This document shows positions 53,001 to 59,104 of a DNA stretch of 59,104 nucleotides, piece after piece. How positions within the stretch are numbered: position 1 is the stretch's first letter; each line of letters starts with the position of its first letter. The DNA is from Octopus sinensis (taxonomy: Eukaryota). The notes under the pieces were generated by a model that made no database searches, was not told the origin of the DNA, and saw nothing but the letters and a program-made list of their open reading frames with translations. Position numbers and translations under genes: made by a program. The DNA lies in the NCBI RefSeq assembly GCF_006345805.1, contig NW_021833091.1:1-59104 (forward strand), given 5' to 3'.

Positions 53001-53750
53001 GAATAAAACAAATATTAATGAATAACTATTCTACTAAATTAGTAGACCAAGACATAGAACAATTTAGCTAGAAATATAAAGCGATAAATGCAGCAGAAAC
53101 GACACCAATTAGAAATAATCACACAGGAATCAAAATCATACTATCTATAGAATATAGAAGCACGTTATCAAAAAGGTTATAAAACACAACGCAAAAATCA
53201 CTGCACCAAACGATCAGTAAACATAATGATATATTACAAAGACACTAAATTTCAAACCTTGCTCATCAATAACAAACCACAAACCTACAAGCCCACGAAC
53301 AAGTTATTAATGGCCGACAGGAGTTACAAATTTGAATGCAAACGTAAAATTTGTAAACGTCATGACTCCACCTGTTATATTGACCGTACAGTTTCGACTT
53401 TCTACTGCCAGTTCACTTTGCAATGCACTACATCACACAACATAAAAGAAAACTTGATAGGAAAACATTAAAACAAAATACATCTATCATATACAGATTT
53501 CCTCACAACAAAAGACATTAATGATGATGGTAACTCATGCTCATAACAGAGTACAAAACATATAGCAAAACACAGAACAGACATTAATCAAACTTCCTGA
53601 ATGTTAAAGTATAAATATAACTGACAGACATTAGGCCTACCTTTACTATCCTACAAAAAAGTTGGTTCTGTCTACGATCAGGCAGCAAGAACGTACCAAC
53701 ACTACTTCATATCGAAGATGGTCTTGAAAGTTGGACACAAACTTCTCTGC
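50050..53750 (+). mobile_element. Old Penelope-like element fossil (RT plus GIY-YIG)
   Basis: DALHDLKNNIVIFNNGKCDMFVITNREK (51517; cf. ALKxLKxxxxIVIxxADKG), WYQGMDADDII (~52672; catalytic DD region), KISVDKSLVRRTFR (cf. KxSVxxSLVxRAxR), YKFECKRKIC...CYIDRT (53320-53390; GIY-YIG-like). The 5' boundary is uncertain. Confidence 0.7.
52085..52435 (-). mobile_element. Two SINE-A copies inserted in the PLE fossil
   Basis: ggcacaaggcc...atcgacccag...ttgaactcac, and gtcgattgcatggaccccagtgctcaactggta...tgaactcagaacgt. Confidence 0.75.
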
Positions 53751-53894
53751 TTCCCTAAATATAAATGTCTACAGACACACACACACACATACACACATAC
53801 ACAAGCACTCACACACACTTACACACACACACACATTCACATATATATGCACATACATATATGTTTATATCTATATATATATACACAAATACGT

Positions 53895-53933
<39 letters not shown>

Positions 53934-53961
53934 ATATGTACATATATATACATATATATAT

Positions 53962-54000
<39 letters not shown>

Positions 54001-54302
54001 AAAGCAAGCGTATGTGAAACTGTATGCATACATACATACATACATACATACATATGTACATACACAGATATGAGCAACATTGATGCTAGGCCTTTTGTTA
54101 GCCTATATATGCGTGTGCCAGTGTTTATGAATTCCTATGGGCGAGTTTGTGTGAGTGTGTGTGTGTGTGAATATATGTATGTACGTGCCTTATGCATCTG
54201 CACAGTTTCTGCCCATTATTTTGTACCAGTGGTTGTTAGTGGTGCACCCAGAATTATATTGAGGTAAATAAAACATATGTTATTGAATAATATATTGTAT
54301 TT

Positions 54303-54520
54303 AAGGCTGCGATCTGGCAGAAATGTTAGCACTCCTGGCGAAATGCCTAGTAATATTTGGTCTGTCTTTACATTCTGAGCTCAAATTCAGTCGAGGTCGT
54401 CTTTGCCTTTCATCCTTTCGGGGTCGATAAATTAAGTACCAGTTGCGTACTGGGGTTGATATAATCGACGAGCCCCCCTCTCCCAAATTTTCCGGCCTTG
54501 TACCTAGAGTAGAAAAGAAT
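54303..54520 (+). mobile_element. SINE family A monomer
   Basis: ctggcagaaatgttagc...catcctttcggggtcgataaattaagtaccag...ggccttgtacctagagtagaaaagaat. Confidence 0.85.
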
Positions 54521-55279
54521 AACATATATTATGCTTTTCTTTTTTTCGTTATCTTCTGTATTTACATAAGTACATAACATACATGCTTATATATCTACAG
54601 GGAATCGTACACCATGCCAAACAGCACGTTACACTTGAATACAAGCAAATCTATATACGGAATAGTGGTGGAATATTCTTATTTATAAATGTACGAAATG
54701 AAAACATAATTTGCATAATATAGTTATTGAAGGTAGAATGTTATATAAGTTAGTATACTTTCCTGAAGAGAAATGTCTGACGTTTCGTAAAATAACATTC
54801 TTCAGTGACTGAGTTACTGACCTACAAAGGCAGCCAAGTGTATTGTTATCCCTTAGGAATATTTATCTTATTGGTTATTCACAAGAAATATCTGGTAGAT
54901 GATTTTGAGATGACACTGTTGAATGTCATAGTGATTCGGTGTGAGAGTAGGGGTATGAGGTTAAAACCATGCAGTTATGCAGTGATAGCGAATGGTTATC
55001 AAAGAGGCCAAGGTTTGAAAAGTTAAAAATGCAACTGAAAACGAGGTAGCACAGGGAGATGGAAATCATCTGCGAAAATGGAGCAAACATTACATACGTA
55101 CACGCGCGCGAACGCACATATATATATATGTGGGTGGGGAATGTATGGTAGTTTCATTATACGTGATTTGCATTTCATGAAATATTTTAAATCAAAAAGA
55201 ATAAAAAGTAAAGTCAAAACTCGCTGAAGATGAACATTTTCGAAAACGTCGGATAATTTTCATAAAATAGCGCACCAAT

Positions 55280-55875
55280 AAGGCAGCGAGCTTCCAGAAT
55301 CGTTAGTACGTCGAGCGAAATGTTAGCACGCTGGCCGAAATGCGTAGCCGTATTTCGTCTGCCGCTACGTTTTGAGTTCAAATTCCGCCGAGGTCGACTT
55401 TGCCTTTCATCCTTTCGGGGTCGATTAAATAAGTACTAGTTACGCACAGGGTCGATATAATCGACTTAATCCGTTCGTCTGTCCTTGTGTGTCTCCTCTG
55501 TGTGTAGCCCCTTGTGGGCAGTAAAGAAATAATTATTTCATCCGTTTTGCGTTCTGAGTTCAAATTCAGCCGGAGTCGACTGCACTTTTCATTCTGTCGT
55601 TGTCGATAAAATAATTATCAGCGGAGAACTGTGCCTCTAGTAAAAAGGATATTCAGAAAGGAAATAAGGCGGTGAGCTTACAGAATTCTTAGCACGTCAG
55701 GCGAAATACTTATCGGCATTTTGTCGGTTCATGCATTCTGGCTTTAAATTCCGCCGAGGTAGATCTTGCCTTTTATCCTTCCGGTGGGGGTAACTTAATT
55801 ACAAGTTGAGGACAAGGATCGATGTAATCAATTTAATCCGTCCCCCGAAACAGCGGTCCTTGTGCCAAAATTTTA
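55280..55875 (+). mobile_element. SINE family A multimer plus an adjacent monomer
   Basis: Duplicated head (cgttag...gcgaaatg twice), body units at ~55350 and ~55540, and a further copy from ~55668. Confidence 0.8.
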
Positions 55876-56200
55876 AGCCATATTAGCAAATGCAATCTTG
55901 GCCTACGGCTTCTACCAGCAGTCTTCAAGGTTCCTAGTTTATATGTGTCTTCTGCTCACTTGATGTGTTAATGCTATTTCTACGGAAAGAAAGATAAAAA
56001 GGCAATTTCAAAGGCATCTTGTTATCTTGAAGTATATATATCTCACCGGTAAATTGCAAAGGAAGCTAGAAATGGGTATCGCTTGATTTAATCCTAGCGA
56101 TTCGGAACAAATGTTATATTCACAGTATCTCATCAATTGCAACCCGCCATATAAGTATATACCTTTATATATAATATTTATATATACATATATATATATG

Positions 56201-56254
<54 letters not shown>

Positions 56255-56347
56255 TGTATGTGTATACATAGATTGATATAGATATAGACATATACATATA
56301 TACATATATATACTCGCATACACACACACACACATACACACACACAT

Positions 56348-56394
<47 letters not shown>

Positions 56395-56932
56395 AAGCGT
56401 GGGGAACGTCGAACTCAAGATAGCAAAGTTGTCGTTTTCGTTTCGAGTTTGCTAGTGTCTTGAGCAAAATACTTCTTATCACATTTGCGGTATTCTGTGG
56501 AAGTTTAAAATGAATAGGTGTACCTTTTAGTCATGATGTTCACCGACGAGTCTAGCCAGTGCGTTGCACCATTCGACAGCAAAAACACTACAAAGAAGCG
56601 CATTGTGACAAGCGCAGTATACCACACCTGATAGTCTCATTGACGAAGTCCTATATAGATATATATTTATATATATGTGTGTGTGTGTGTGTGTGTATAT
56701 ACATATGTATATGAATATATATATATATATATATATATAACAATGATAAATATCAAAGTGAGTTATATATGTGTCCTCCTGGGGCTAAAAACTACAGTAG
56801 CATCCACCCTTAGGAGTAGCCATATTGAAATGGCAAATATGCGTCACGGTATATCTATATATATATATATATATAAATATACTTTGGAAGTGGCCGTTCA
56901 ATTATATAATACTATAAATAATATAATATATA

Positions 56933-56964
<32 letters not shown>

Positions 56965-56989
56965 GCATATATATATATATATATATATA

Positions 56990-57061
<72 letters not shown>

Positions 57062-57100
57062 TATATATATATATATGCATATATACAAACGTATGCGTAC

Positions 57101-57924
57101 ATACTTACATCTATACATATATACATTCATATATATATATATATATGCATATGTGTGCACAGGACGTGTACAATAAAAATATGAAGTACGAGTGCATGGA
57201 ATATGACCTATTTTTCGAACACCGAAAAACAGAAATGGCAAACAAGACAAACAACATAAGTAGCGATCTTTCATCAGTAGTTGGATGTTTTTCTACCCTC
57301 GTCTTTCACAATGAAAATTTGGAATCTTGCGGAATGTGAAAATTGGTAACAAAATAAGGAGGGTGAAATAAAACAGGAAGGGCTGCTAAGCCTAAACAAG
57401 GTTGTGGTGGCGCACGCGTAAATCAAGCTTGGATAGGAGATAGACAAGAATACGTCTTCCTCGATCCAGCTACAACAGAGAGAAAGAAACACGAGTGAGA
57501 AGAACAAAGATGGCCGATGGTCACGGGGAGCTCCCAATATTGTATCTGATTAATCTTTCGTTTTACTGTCTTCCTTCACTTATTCTTCTACCTCCACTTC
57601 TCCCCCTCCTGCTTTTCTCACTTATCCTATCTCCATTTTTTTCCTCTCCTCTTCGCAGTTCTCTGTCTGTCACTCTCTCTCTCCCTCACTCTTCCTCCCT
57701 TGCTCACGTGAATCCAACGTGGTCATCGGCCATCTTTCTTTGTTTGTGTTTCTCTTTCTGAAGTGCACATTATGTTGTTTGTCTTGTTTTCCATTTGTGT
57801 TTTTTGTTGTTCGAAAAAATATGGCATATTCCATCTACTTATACTTCATATCTTTTGCTGTACACGTTTCGCGACGTCCTTTGGCCACATATTCATACAT
57901 ATATATACGTATAGATGTAAGTAT
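57101..57924. repeat. Nested inverted repeats (outer arms 57101-57259 / 57770-57924; inner arms 57506-57525 / 57718-57737)
   Basis: Outer arms share tacttacatctatac, aggacgt, atatgaagta, atggaatatg, ttttcgaaca and aaacaagacaaacaacataa. Inner arms match at 18 of 20 positions. Confidence 0.85.
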
Positions 57925-57933
57925 ATACACATA

Positions 57934-57964
<31 letters not shown>

Positions 57965-57985
57965 GGAGGGTAGATTTATAGATAT

Positions 57986-58028
<43 letters not shown>

Positions 58029-58032
<4 letters not shown>

Positions 58033-58612
58033 GTAAACAAAGTCAAATGCGATACAATAAAATTAATTATTATCGCCGGTGTTCTCGCACACGATATATT
58101 ATTCATATATAAGTACTTTAGTGTTGTGCTAGATACACAAAAGCTGGATAAATTTAATGAGATGAAACTTAAAAAACTTTTACATACTTAGTTCTTCTTA
58201 TATACTGCAGTTTTTCGCCTATTTCATAAAAATAATATTTATTTACTCAGGTAGGCTCTTCAGTAAGATTCCTGTTATTATGGGAAGCGCACTTCAATAG
58301 AGGCACATGCGTCTATAAATTGCTCTTCTAAACTATTCAAATCACTGCGCAGACTCAGAACGTAACCCACAAATAAGGATTTCTGGTATATAATCGTCTA
58401 ACGCTAAAAATTTATCGAGAAAATACGTAAACAAAGTCAAATGCGATACAATAAATTATTATTATTATCGCCGGTGTTCTCGCACACGCTATATATTATT
58501 CATATATAAGTACATTAAAAAGCGAAGTGTTGTGCTAGATACACAAAAGCTGGATAAATTTAATGAGATGAAAATTAAAAACTTTTACATACTTATTTCT
58601 TCTTATACTGCA
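58029..58612. repeat. Direct repeats of ~185 bp (58029-58209 and 58423-58612)
   Basis: Both run from atacgtaaacaaagtcaaatgcgatacaataaa to tatactgca, with small indels. Confidence 0.9.
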
Positions 58613-58614
58613 TA

Positions 58615-58652
<38 letters not shown>

Positions 58653-58654
<2 letters not shown>

Positions 58655-58856
58655 CTCGTCTGTACCGTTGGCCATTTTTTTTTCCTCTGTCTCCCTTCTC
58701 TGGATCTTTCCTTTCTCCTATGTTTCCGACGAAGGCGCCGCCTCGAAACGTTAAAACCTTCCTTCTGTCCTTCTTTCCTGAGCGTCCAATAATACTATTT
58801 TGTTTCCACGTCCTCGCGTTGTTGTGTGTTTTTGTGCTTTCTTGTTTGGATTAACT
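58653..58856 (+). mobile_element. Short PLE-terminus-like element with a hammerhead-like motif (58721-58757), embedded in (TA)n
   Basis: gttt CCGACGA aggc-gcc-gcct c GAAAC GTT aaaa, followed by cctgagcgtccaataatacta...ccacgtcctcgcgttgttgtg, homologous to 47745-47880. Confidence 0.65.
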
Positions 58857-59104
58857 ATATATGTATATATATATATAAATTAGAAATGAATCATACATTG
58901 AATAAAGTAATCCTAGACACTAAAAGATTCGATGACCATATATTGGTTTACACGTTTCAGTACTGCTAAACAGTTAACTAAAATCAAATCACTATTCGCA
59001 CTCCTCTCCTACATACTATATTTGAAGCTTCTATATCGCTCATTGAAATCTTCAGCCAATCATCTCTACTCGGAACAACAAATGACTAAAAGTCTATCCA
59101 TGCT

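Noticed and set aside
57510-57545. aaagATGGCCG start context as a gene start (MADGHGELPIL...)
   Set aside because: It is one arm of the inner inverted repeat, has no good donor, and runs into a pyrimidine tract.

Overview
AT-rich, microsatellite-saturated eukaryotic DNA, most consistent with an intronic or intergenic stretch of an octopus (coleoid cephalopod) genome. That taxon call is an inference from SINE content and repeat style. I find no host protein-coding exon I can support: nearly all supplied ORFs are translations of (TA)n, (CA)n, (TATC)n or trinucleotide tracts. The recognisable coding remnants are all transposable elements: a ~4 kb decayed Helitron Rep-PIF1 helicase (17-21 kb, minus), two Penelope-like elements (PLEs; 46.0-47.6 kb minus, 50-53.8 kb plus), an RTE-type LINE 5' part (27.6-29.4 kb), an R4/Dong-type REL-endonuclease 3' end inside (AAT)n (23.7-24.15 kb), and four Tc1/mariner fossils. 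About 30 tRNA-derived SINE copies fall into four families, which I label A-D. The most interesting signals are (i) several hammerhead-ribozyme motifs of the minimal PLE type, one sitting behind a tRNA-like Pol III head, and (ii) five sizeable inverted-repeat structures. All alignments were made by eye, and element boundaries are approximate unless stated.
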